Positions 1-8,617 of a stretch of DNA of 10,418 nt are shown piece after piece. The stretch is from the NCBI GenBank assembly GCA_046597055.1, contig JBKJLC010000246.1, positions 1 through 10,418 on the forward strand, written 5' to 3'. This stretch comes from Kofleriaceae bacterium. Lineage in GTDB: Bacteria > Myxococcota_A > Polyangia > Haliangiales > Haliangiaceae. The notes under the pieces were generated by a model. The model was not told the origin of the DNA, searched no databases, and worked only from the letters and a program-made list of their open reading frames with translations. The position numbers and the translations under genes were made by a program. Position 1 is the stretch's first letter. Every line of letters starts with the position of its first letter.

Positions 1-120
1 CAGGGTCGGCTCGTCGTCCATCCCGACGTCGAGCGGGGCGTCGCCACGCTGCGGTAGTGAGGTGCGGAACAGGCGATCCCAGAGGGAGAAGATCGCGGCG
101 TAGTTGCCCTGCACATCTTG
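1..120 (-). pseudogene. C-terminal remnant of a fatty acid hydroxylase/sterol desaturase superfamily gene (runs off window edge)
   Basis: Minus frame 120->1 reads QDVQGNYAAIFSLWDRLFRTSLPQRGDAPLDVGMDDEPTL, matching the family's N[FY]x4-5WDRxFGT C-terminal motif. The HxxHH box expected just upstream is absent, and the frame is closed upstream by TGA at 279-277, so a full-length gene cannot fit. Confidence 0.5.
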
Positions 121-203
121 CCCAGGCACCTCGTCATCACTCACCACGGGGTCGCGACGAGCGTCGAGCGTCACGGGACCACTCGTCGGGGTAAGGTAGG
201 TGG

Positions 204-1687
204 GTGCCGCCGGTACCGATCGCGAGCAGCCGCCGCACCACGGCCAGTCGGATCGTGCTGGCGTTCGCTGCGATCCTCACCCTGTTCGGGCTCGCGCTGG
301 TGGTGATGATCGTCGCGCTCGGACAGATCGCGGATGCCGAGCGTCAGGTCGCCCGGCTCGATCACGTCAAGCACGCGGGCCACATGGCGGCGGCCATGGC
401 GCGCGAGCAATACATCCATCAGGCCCACACGCTGCTCGAGTGGAACGAGTCGCACCTCGATCACTACGAGGAGGTCGCGCGCGAGGCCCGGGCCGTCACC
501 GAGCACCTGCGCGAGCAGGTCGGGCCGGGCGAGGACACCCGTCGGGCCGACGAGATCGCGCGCCTGATCGCCGAGAGCGACCGGACCTTTCGCGAGGTCG
601 TCGTGCCGGTCGTCCGCAGCAGCGAGCGGAGCCGGGTCAGCGAGCTCCACGAGATGACGGAGCGTCCGGTCGAGCGCGTCGTCGCCCTGAACGATCAGCT
701 CAACCAGTCGCTCGAGGCCGCGAGCGACGCCGCGCAGCGTCGTGCGGAGCAGATCCGCTCGCGGGCCCGGGTGGCCGTGCTCGCCTGCTTCGCGCTGGCG
801 ATCGTCATGGCCGCGGGCGTCGGCGCGTACCTGATGCGCTCCATCTCGCGGCCGGTCGCCGCGCTCCGAGCCGGGGCGGTGCGCATCGGCGGTGGGGATC
901 TGAGCGCACGCGTCGCGCTGTCGGGTCACGACGAGCTGAGCGACCTCGCGCGCGTCTTCGATCAGATGGCAGAGGACCTCGGCAAGCATCAGGGCGAGCT
1001 CCTGGAGTCGCACCGGCTGGCGTCGATCGGTCAGGTCGCATCGGGCGTCGCTCACGAGATCAACAACCCGCTCGGGGTCATCCTCGGCTACCTCGCCTTG
1101 TTGCGGCGCGAGCCCGAGCTCGCCGGGCGCGAGGAGCTGACGATCATCGAGGACGAGGTCCGACAGTGCCTGACGATCGTCGCGGGCCTGCTCGACCTGG
1201 CGCGTCCGGTCCGGCTGCAGGTGGCCGAGGTCGAGCTCGGCGAGGTCGTCCGCGAGGCGGTCGCGCGGCTCGACGAGAGCGGCCAGGCCCACGGGGTCAC
1301 GATCGAGATCCGCGGGGACGGCACGATGCCCATCTCGGCTGACGAGGGCAAGCTGCGCCAGGTCGTGTCCAATCTGCTCGGCAACGCGGTCGAGGCGGCG
1401 CGTGAGCCGACCGCCGCCAGTCCGACCGTCACGGTCTGGTGGGGGCACGAGGACACGCGCGCGTGCGTCCACGTCGACGATCGGGGCCCGGGGATCGCGC
1501 CGGACGCGCTCGCCCGCGTGTTCGAGCCCTTCTTCACGACGCGAGCGCGCGGCCACGGGCTCGGCCTCGCGCTCGCGCGCTCGCTCGCGCGTGCGCACGG
1601 CGGCGACGTGACGCTCGCGCCCCGACGTGACGGCCCGGGGATCCGGGCGACCCTGTGGGTCCCGCCGACCACCCCGCGGGAGGCGAC

Positions 1688-1691
<4 letters not shown>
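204..1691 (+). CDS. Membrane sensor histidine kinase (TM-periplasmic His-rich domain-TM-HAMP-HisKA-HATPase), CorS-like putative copper sensor
   Basis: 495 aa. Two hydrophobic segments (IVLAFAAILTLFGLALVVMIVAL; VAVLACFALAIVMAAGVGAYL), HAMP (ISRPVAAL...DELSDLARVFDQM), H-box AHEINNPL, N-box NLLGNAVEA, G1 DDRGPGI, F-box FEPFFTT, G2 GHGLGL. Nine His in the periplasmic part. GTG start preceded by TAAGGTAGG. Confidence 0.93.
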
Positions 1692-3088
<1,397 letters not shown>

Positions 3089-3300
3089 GGGTCGCCGTGC
3101 ACCGCGAGGGTCAGCTGCGCGAGCGGGATCCGGCCGGCCCTCGTGCCCGGGCTCGACGAAGCCGGGTCGGTTGCCACCGAGCGCCGACGCACGGCCGCAG
3201 CGCCCGCTGGGCCCACGTGTGCCCGCGGGAAGGTGTCGCTGACGTCGTTCGCTGCACGTCGAGGATAAGTCGGTCCGACGCTCCGCGCCGCCGGCAGGGT

Positions 3301-3326
3301 GCAACCGCGAAACGCGCAAAGGTTGC
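3301..3326. promoter_or_regulatory. Inverted repeat GCAACC-N14-GGTTGC, candidate activator site
   Basis: Perfect 6-bp arms around an A-richer spacer, 21 bp upstream of the sigma54 element at 3348. Confidence 0.35.
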
Positions 3327-3347
3327 GTCGAAGATCGGGTCCCGACG

Positions 3348-3363
3348 TGGCGCGTGCGATGCA
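3348..3363 (+). promoter_or_regulatory. sigma54 (-24/-12) promoter P1
   Basis: TGGCGCG-TGCG-ATGCA versus consensus TGGCACG-N4-TTGCW; exact GG-N10-GC spacing; intergenic and oriented toward the 3444 gene. Confidence 0.6.
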
Positions 3364-3443
3364 TGAAGACGGGACACCATGGGCCGAAGGTTCTTCCGCG
3401 GACCGGACAGCAGCCCCGCGAAGCTCGGACGCGTCGGGGCGCG

Positions 3444-3932
3444 ATGAGCATCCGGCCGTCCTCGATGTTGCTCGCGCTGGCCGCTGCCACGGTCATGGGC
3501 ATGGGGCTGTACTTCGCGGTCCTGCGCCCACCGATGTTGCCCGAGGACGCGCGCTACCTCGGCGCCTCGCTCGCCACGCTCGAGGACGCGGCGCCCGGTC
3601 TATCGGAATGGCTTCGCCACGTATTCTGGGTCATGGGCGGGTTCATGTTCGCGACGGGTCTTCTCACTTTCTATGTCGCGGTCACTGCCTTCCGCGCTCG
3701 CGCCCGCGGCGCGACCGTGATGGCGGCCATCGGCGGCGCGAGCTCCGTCGGCAGCATGGTCGCCGTCAACTTCCTGATCGCCTCGGACTTCAGGTGGCAG
3801 CTCCTCCTGCTTGCGCTGGTGTGGACGCTGGCGCTGGCGTGTCACTGGCTCGAGCGCCCGAGGAGCGAGGTGGATCGCCATCGTGGCGCGCGATCCGCGG
3901 GCGCGCCGCACGCGGACGCCGCCGGCCCGTAG
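3444..3932 (+). CDS. Hypothetical integral membrane protein (about 4 TM helices)
   Basis: 162 aa from ATG 3444 (MSIRPSSMLLALAAATVMGMGLYFAVLRPPMLPEDARYLG...WLRHVFWVMGGFMFATG...), four hydrophobic segments. The track start at 3354 lies inside promoter P1. Confidence 0.78.
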   Translation: MSIRPSSMLLALAAATVMGMGLYFAVLRPPMLPEDARYLGASLATLEDAAPGLSEWLRHVFWVMGGFMFATGLLTFYVAVTAFRARARGATVMAAIGGASSVGSMVAVNFLIASDFRWQLLLLALVWTLALACHWLERPRSEVDRHRGARSAGAPHADAAGP

Positions 3933-3939
3933 CGCCGCC

Positions 3940-4383
3940 TCAGGGCGTCGCGCGAAAGCGCGCGAGCGTGTCCGCGCTGGCGAAGTAGAGCACCTTGCCG
4001 CTCGCCTCGCGTGCGATCACGGCGGACGCCTTGTCGACCGCCTCGCCGGTGACCGGATCCTTGGCGGTGCGCGTCTCGGGCTCCTTGGCCAGCCGTGCCT
4101 TGCACATCTCGCAGCAGCCGAAGTACGTCTTGCCTTCGACCTCGACCGGGATCTGGGCCGTGCCCATGAACTGGTTCGTCACCATGCACACCTGGGTGAC
4201 GTCCTCGACTCGCGTCAGCCCGGCGACCGGCGGCGTCGCCTGCGCGGACGGGGCTGCGGACGCTGCGGCGGCCGGCGCGGTGCTGGAGGAGGTCGGAGCG
4301 GCGGACGGCCGGGAGGTGCCGGAATCGCAGGCGCCGAGCAGGCCAGCACCGAGGATCAGCGGGAGGAGGGTTCGTGCGAGCAT
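3940..4383 (-). CDS. YHS/TRASH-domain metal-binding lipoprotein
   Basis: 147 aa from ATG 4383. Signal peptide with lipobox LLGA|C, Ser/Ala/Pro linker, YHS-like VCMVTNQFMG...VEGKTYFGCCEMC, then a second Cys-less repeat KDPVTGEAVDK...GKVLYFAS. Confidence 0.85.
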   Translation of the reverse strand: MLARTLLPLILGAGLLGACDSGTSRPSAAPTSSSTAPAAAASAAPSAQATPPVAGLTRVEDVTQVCMVTNQFMGTAQIPVEVEGKTYFGCCEMCKARLAKEPETRTAKDPVTGEAVDKASAVIAREASGKVLYFASADTLARFRATP

Positions 4384-4395
4384 GGGATGGACGGT

Positions 4396-4411
4396 AGCAA
4401 CCGACGCACCA
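4396..4411 (-). promoter_or_regulatory. sigma54 (-24/-12) promoter P2 for the YHS lipoprotein
   Basis: Minus strand TGGTGCG-TCGG-TTGCT: GG-N10-GC with a perfect TTGCT -12 box, 12 nt before the ATG. Confidence 0.65.
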
Positions 4412-4451
4412 GCGAGGCTCGCGTCGAGACCGCTACTTGCGAGCACCAGGC

Positions 4452-4468
4452 GTAACCCGCGGAGTTAC
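4452..4468. promoter_or_regulatory. Palindrome GTAAC-N7-GTTAC between divergent sigma54 promoters, candidate upstream activator sequence
   Basis: GTAACCCGCGGAGTTAC, AT-rich arms in very GC-rich DNA, roughly midway between P2 and P3. Confidence 0.45.
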
Positions 4469-4520
4469 ACGTGGTCTCGCCCGTCACAGGCGCACCCGAG
4501 TCCCCACCCGAGCCTGGCGA

Positions 4521-4536
4521 TGGCGCGTCGCGTGCA
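4521..4536 (+). promoter_or_regulatory. sigma54 (-24/-12) promoter P3 for copA
   Basis: TGGCGCG-TCGC-GTGCA, GG-N10-GC; shares TGGCGCGT-N4-TGCA with P1. Followed by SD-like AGAGAGG (4551-4557) and ATG 4564. Confidence 0.62.
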
Positions 4537-4563
4537 CGACCTGGCCGAGAAGAGAGGCTTGCC

Positions 4564-6930
4564 ATGCACGATCACACGCATCCTCCGGCGCATACGCCGG
4601 ATCCAGCCGCGCCGGGCCTCATGCCGGTTGCTCACGACGACGTCGATCCTGTCTGCGGGATGCACGTCGGCGCGACCACGCCCCACCGGCTCCAGCACCA
4701 GGGCCACGACGTGCTGTTCTGCAGCGCCCGGTGTCGCGCGAAGTTCGAGGCCGATCCCGTGCGCTACCTCGCGCCCGAGACGCCCACGCCGAGCGGCGTC
4801 GCGCCCACCGCCCCGGAGGCCGGCACGACCTACACGTGCCCGATGCATCCCGAAGTCGTGCGCGACGCGCCCGGGAGCTGCCCGATCTGCGGGATGGCGC
4901 TGGAGCCGCGGACGATGGTCGCGGAGCCTGGCCCCGATCCCGAGCTGCGCGACATGAGCCGTCGCTTCTGGCTCGCGACCCTGTTCACCGTCCCGCTGGT
5001 CGTCCTGGTCATGGTCGACATGATCTTCGACCACGTGATCTCGATGGCGATCGGGCGCCGGCCGCGCGTGTTCCTGGAGCTCGCGCTCGCGACCCCGGTC
5101 TGCCTCTGGTCGGCGTGGCCTTTCTACGTCCGCGCGGTGCGATCGATCGTGTCGCTGCGGTTGAACATGTTCACGCTCATCGGGCTGGGTGTGAGCGTCG
5201 CCTACGGCTACAGCGTGGTCGCCGCGCTCGCGCCAGGCGTCTTCCCCGCCGGGTTCCGGGCCGCCGGCGAGGTGGGCACCTACTTCGAGGCCGCGACCGT
5301 GATCGTCACGCTGATCCTGCTCGGCCAGGTCCTCGAGCTCCGGGCACGCTCGCAGACCAGCTCGGCGATCCGGAAGCTCCTCGGCATGGCGGCGACGTCG
5401 GCGCGCCGGCTCGCCGAGGACGGCACCGAGGCGGACGTCCCGCTCGAGCAGGTGGTCGCCGGCGACCGGCTGCGCGTGCGGCCCGGCGAGAAGGTCCCGG
5501 TCGATGGCGTCGTGCTGGAGGGGAAGTCCGCGATCGACGAGGCGATGGTCACCGGTGAGCCGATCCCGGTCGCGAAGCAGGCGGGCGACCGGGTGATCGG
5601 CGCGACCATCAACGGCACCGGCGCGCTCGTCATGCGGGCGGAGAAGGTCGGCGCCGAGACGCTCCTGGCGCGCATCGTCGCGATGGTCGCCGAGGCCCAG
5701 CGCACCCGTGCGCCCATCCAGAAGCTGGCCGACCTGGTCGCTGGCTGGTTCGTCCCGGTGGTCATCCTGATCGCGATCGGGACGTTCGTCGTCTGGTCCC
5801 TGGTCGGGCCCGACCCGCGCCTCGCCCACGCCCTCATCAACGCGGTCGCGGTCTTGATCATCGCCTGCCCGTGTGCGCTCGGGCTGGCCACGCCGATGTC
5901 GATAATGGTCGCGACCGGCAAGGCCGCGACGATGGGCGTGCTGTTCCGCAACGCGGAGGCCATCGAGGTGCTGCGCTCGGTCGACACGCTCGTGGTCGAC
6001 AAGACCGGCACCCTCACTGAGGGCAAGCCGCGCCTGGTCAGCGTCGTCCCCGCGGACGGCGTGGACGAGCGCGACCTCCTGCGCATGGCCGCGACCCTCG
6101 AGCGCGGCAGCGAGCACCCGCTCGCGGCGGCGATCGTCGGGGGCGCCACCGATCGCAAGGTCGACCTCGGCACCGCCGGCGAGTTCGAGTCGATCACGGG
6201 CAAGGGCGTCCGCGGCACCATCGACGGCCGCCGGGTCGCGCTCGGCAACCGCGCGATGATGGAGGCCATCGGCGTCGACCTGAAAGCCTTCGCGGATCGC
6301 GCCGAACAGCTCCGCACTGAAGGCCAGACCGTCATGTTCGTCGCGCTCGCGGATCGCCTCGGCGGGCTGATCGGCGTCGCCGATCCCATCAAGGCCACCA
6401 GCGTCGAGGCGATCCGCGCGCTGCAAGCCGAGGGGATCCGCGTGGTGATGATGACCGGCGACAGCGCCACCACGGCCAAGGCGGTGGCGCGCACGCTCGG
6501 CATCGACGACGTGCTCGCCGAGGTGCTCCCCGATCAGAAGGCCGACCACGTCCGGCGGCTGCAGGCCGAGGGACACGTGGTCGCCATGGCGGGCGACGGC
6601 ATCAACGATGCTCCCGCGCTCGCCCAGGCCCAGGTCGGCATCGCGATGGGCACCGGGACCGACGTCGCGATGGAGAGCGCCGCCGTGACCCTGGTCAAGG
6701 GCGACCTGCGCGGCATCGTCCGGGCCCGCCGGCTCTCCCGCCAGACGATGGCCAACATCAAACAGAACCTGTTCTTCGCGTTCGTCTACAACGCTGCGGG
6801 CGTGCCGATCGCGGCGGGCGTGCTGTACCCGTTCTTCGGGATCCTGCTGTCACCGATCCTCGCGGCTGCGGCGATGAGCCTCAGCTCCGTCTCGGTGATC
6901 GGCAATGCGCTGCGGCTCCGCGGCGCCTGA
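4564..6930 (+). CDS. copA: Cu(I)/Ag(I)-translocating P1B-type ATPase with N-terminal His-rich, YHS and CPMH heavy-metal-binding domains
   Basis: 788 aa from ATG 4564. MHDHTH; DPVCGM...[15 protein letters not shown]...CPICGM; TGE actuator motif; transmembrane CPC; DKTGTLT phosphorylation site; [14 protein letters not shown] and MSLSS motifs typical of P1B-1 Cu+ ATPases. Confidence 0.96.
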   Translation: MHDHTHPPAHTPDPAAPGLMPVAHDDVDPVCGMHVGATTPHRLQHQGHDVLFCSARCRAKFEADPVRYLAPETPTPSGVAPTAPEAGTTYTCPMHPEVVRDAPGSCPICGMALEPRTMVAEPGPDPELRDMSRRFWLATLFTVPLVVLVMVDMIFDHVISMAIGRRPRVFLELALATPVCLWSAWPFYVRAVRSIVSLRLNMFTLIGLGVSVAYGYSVVAALAPGVFPAGFRAAGEVGTYFEAATVIVTLILLGQVLELRARSQTSSAIRKLLGMAATSARRLAEDGTEADVPLEQVVAGDRLRVRPGEKVPVDGVVLEGKSAIDEAMVTGEPIPVAKQAGDRVIGATINGTGALVMRAEKVGAETLLARIVAMVAEAQRTRAPIQKLADLVAGWFVPVVILIAIGTFVVWSLVGPDPRLAHALINAVAVLIIACPCALGLATPMSIMVATGKAATMGVLFRNAEAIEVLRSVDTLVVDKTGTLTEGKPRLVSVVPADGVDERDLLRMAATLERGSEHPLAAAIVGGATDRKVDLGTAGEFESITGKGVRGTIDGRRVALGNRAMMEAIGVDLKAFADRAEQLRTEGQTVMFVALADRLGGLIGVADPIKATSVEAIRALQAEGIRVVMMTGDSATTAKAVARTLGIDDVLAEVLPDQKADHVRRLQAEGHVVAMAGDGINDAPALAQAQVGIAMGTGTDVAMESAAVTLVKGDLRGIVRARRLSRQTMANIKQNLFFAFVYNAAGVPIAAGVLYPFFGILLSPILAAAAMSLSSVSVIGNALRLRGA

Positions 6931-7031
6931 CGTCTTGCGACCGCGCCGAATCAGGAATTGCCGTGGTCAGGGATCCGCGAGAGCACCGCGCGATGATGCT
7001 CGTCGTGCCGCGACGGACAGCCAGCCGAAGC

Positions 7032-7052
7032 GTGTGACCGCTACGGTCACAC
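7032..7052. terminator. Perfect 9-bp hairpin/palindrome between convergent genes (possible bidirectional terminator or protein site)
   Basis: GTGTGACCG-CTA-CGGTCACAC; no U-tract on either side, so terminator function is uncertain. Confidence 0.35.
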
Positions 7053-7095
7053 CTGGTCCAGCTGCGGCGATGATGCCGTGTGCGGCGCTCCACGA

Positions 7096-7116
7096 GTGCC
7101 GACGCAAGTTCGGCAC
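7096..7116 (+). other. GNRA-tetraloop hairpin
   Basis: GTGCCGAC-GCAA-G(T)TCGGCAC: 8-bp stem with one bulged U and a C(GCAA)G loop on the + strand. Confidence 0.4.
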
Positions 7117-7250
7117 ATGCGCAGAACCATCCGACGAGCGCTTTGGGCCGTGCGGTGACGCTCGATGTGCCGACGGCTCAGCCCCGTGCCCTGCAGGGTG
7201 AGCGGTCGTCGCGGAGTGGGTTCCTCGCACGCGGCCCGCGCGGCCGGTGG

Positions 7251-8588
7251 TCAGTGCCCCATGTCCATCACCGACGGCTGGACCTGGACGTACGCCATGA
7301 AGCCGAATGGCGTCCGCGTCCCGTAGCGCTCCTCGAGCGCGGGGTCGACGTAGCCGACGCCACCGCGGATCCCCAGCGAGGCGTCGAGATCTTCGATTGT
7401 CGCGAGCCGATGCACGTGGCCGAGCGAGAGGGCGGCGATCGGCAAGGTCGCGTCCGCCATCAGCGTGGGCATGGCGAAGTCTTCCCCCGCCTTGATGACG
7501 TGCTCGCCGCGCAGGTACGTGGTGCCGAGCATGCCCCCGAGTTCGAGCGCGGTCTCGACCAGCACCCCACGGGTCGTCGGGCCCGCCGAGGGCATGTTCC
7601 GACCGAACGCCACCGTCGAGCTCCACTGGCGCTTCATGCCGAATCGCTGCGTGTGCATCGCTGACGCGGTCAGCCGCTGGATGCTCACCTCCGGTGCGAG
7701 GGGCTCGGGGCTGGCGAGGTAGCCGTACGACGCCTGCATGCTCCAGTTGCGGTGAGGGTTGACCGAGACGCGGGTCGAGTACGAATCGGGGGACCGCAGA
7801 TCGAGATCGTAGCGGTCCTCATCCGGCTCGCGACCGTTGAACCACGAACCCTCGAGCTTCGCGCGTCGGGTGAACACGCCCGCCGTCACGACCCCGTACG
7901 TGATGTGCGTGGAGTCCTGCCAGTGGTGGACGAGCGGCGCCATCGGGTCGAACGTCGCCGACGGCCGGTGGGGGAACGCGACCGGCCCCAGCGCCGGTTC
8001 GCCCGCCGGCGCGGCGTACAGCTCGAGGGCGACCCCGCCACCGACCTCGCGCGAGTAGCGAGCCGCGAGCTCCATGAACAGATCGTGTGGGTGCTGGCGG
8101 TCGACCAGCCGCTCGCCGCGGTAGGTCTCCCCGGTCTGCATCAGCAGCCGATAGCCGTCGCGTCCCACGGTCAGCGGCTCGAGGCTGAGCATCGTGCGGA
8201 GCTCGAACTCACCGCCTGCGAGCGGACGTCCGGCCATCGCCATCAGCCAGTTCTGGCTGACGACCTCCTGACCGCCGGCCTCCGTCCCCTGCCGGTTATA
8301 GCCGACGAACAGGTTGCCATGGAACATGAGCTCCCAGCCGCCAGCCATCGCCATGATGCCGCGCATCGGTGCGGCGTCGGGTAGCCAGGCCGTCCCCGAT
8401 CCGTGGCGAGACATCGGGATTCCGAGGACACCCCCCTGCGGCTCGGCCTCACCGGGCTCGGACGGTCCTCGTGCCGGCTCGGCTTCGCCGCCCGTCGGAG
8501 TCGACTGGTGATGCTGCGCGACTGCCGGGTTCGTCAGAGGTGATGCGAGGACGAAGAGGGCGATGGCGATCCCCGGGGAGGTCTTCAT
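7251..8588 (-). CDS. Exported Met/His-rich hypothetical protein, probable outer-membrane beta-barrel
   Basis: 445 aa from ATG 8588 with AGGAG 7 nt upstream. Sec signal MKTSPGIAIALFVLASPLTNPAVA|QHHQ. Many alternating amphipathic strands (WELMFHGNLFVGY, KLEGSWFNG, WSMQASYGY, FMAYVQVQP). Motifs GSGTAWLP, DRQHPHDLFMEL, HHWQDSTH; tail MDMGH. Confidence 0.82.
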   Translation of the reverse strand: MKTSPGIAIALFVLASPLTNPAVAQHHQSTPTGGEAEPARGPSEPGEAEPQGGVLGIPMSRHGSGTAWLPDAAPMRGIMAMAGGWELMFHGNLFVGYNRQGTEAGGQEVVSQNWLMAMAGRPLAGGEFELRTMLSLEPLTVGRDGYRLLMQTGETYRGERLVDRQHPHDLFMELAARYSREVGGGVALELYAAPAGEPALGPVAFPHRPSATFDPMAPLVHHWQDSTHITYGVVTAGVFTRRAKLEGSWFNGREPDEDRYDLDLRSPDSYSTRVSVNPHRNWSMQASYGYLASPEPLAPEVSIQRLTASAMHTQRFGMKRQWSSTVAFGRNMPSAGPTTRGVLVETALELGGMLGTTYLRGEHVIKAGEDFAMPTLMADATLPIAALSLGHVHRLATIEDLDASLGIRGGVGYVDPALEERYGTRTPFGFMAYVQVQPSVMDMGH

Positions 8589-8601
8589 GACCAAGCTCCT
8601 A

Positions 8602-8617
8602 TGCGAGTTCCGTGCCG
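8602..8617 (-). promoter_or_regulatory. Candidate sigma54 promoter P4 for the barrel gene
   Basis: Minus strand CGGCACG-GAAC-TCGCA: GGCACG core and GG-N10-GC spacing. The predicted +1 (about 8591) would exclude the AGGAG, which is a caveat. Confidence 0.45.

Noticed and set aside
148..163. GG-N10-GC upstream of the kinase
   Set aside because: Only the spacing matches; flanking bases (GGGGTCG...GAGCG) are far from the sigma54 consensus.
1655..1687. Track start of the response regulator at 1655
   Set aside because: GTG 1688 overlapping the kinase stop gives a normal REC N-terminus.
3884..3899. TGGCGCG-CGAT-CCGCG, a sigma54-like element antisense to the YHS gene
   Set aside because: Inside a CDS with a poor -12 box; TGGCGCG occurs several times in coding sequence here.
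4437..6761. ORFs 4465-6576 -, 5280-6503 -, 4437-5558 + and similar
   Set aside because: Shadows of copA with no recognisable motifs.
7033..7051. TGTGA...TCACA as a CRP site
   Set aside because: Spacer is 9 bp rather than 6, and it lies between convergent gene ends.
6990..7175. Short direct repeats as a degenerate CRISPR array
   Set aside because: Repeats are only 9-10 bp, two copies each, irregularly arranged, with no cas genes.
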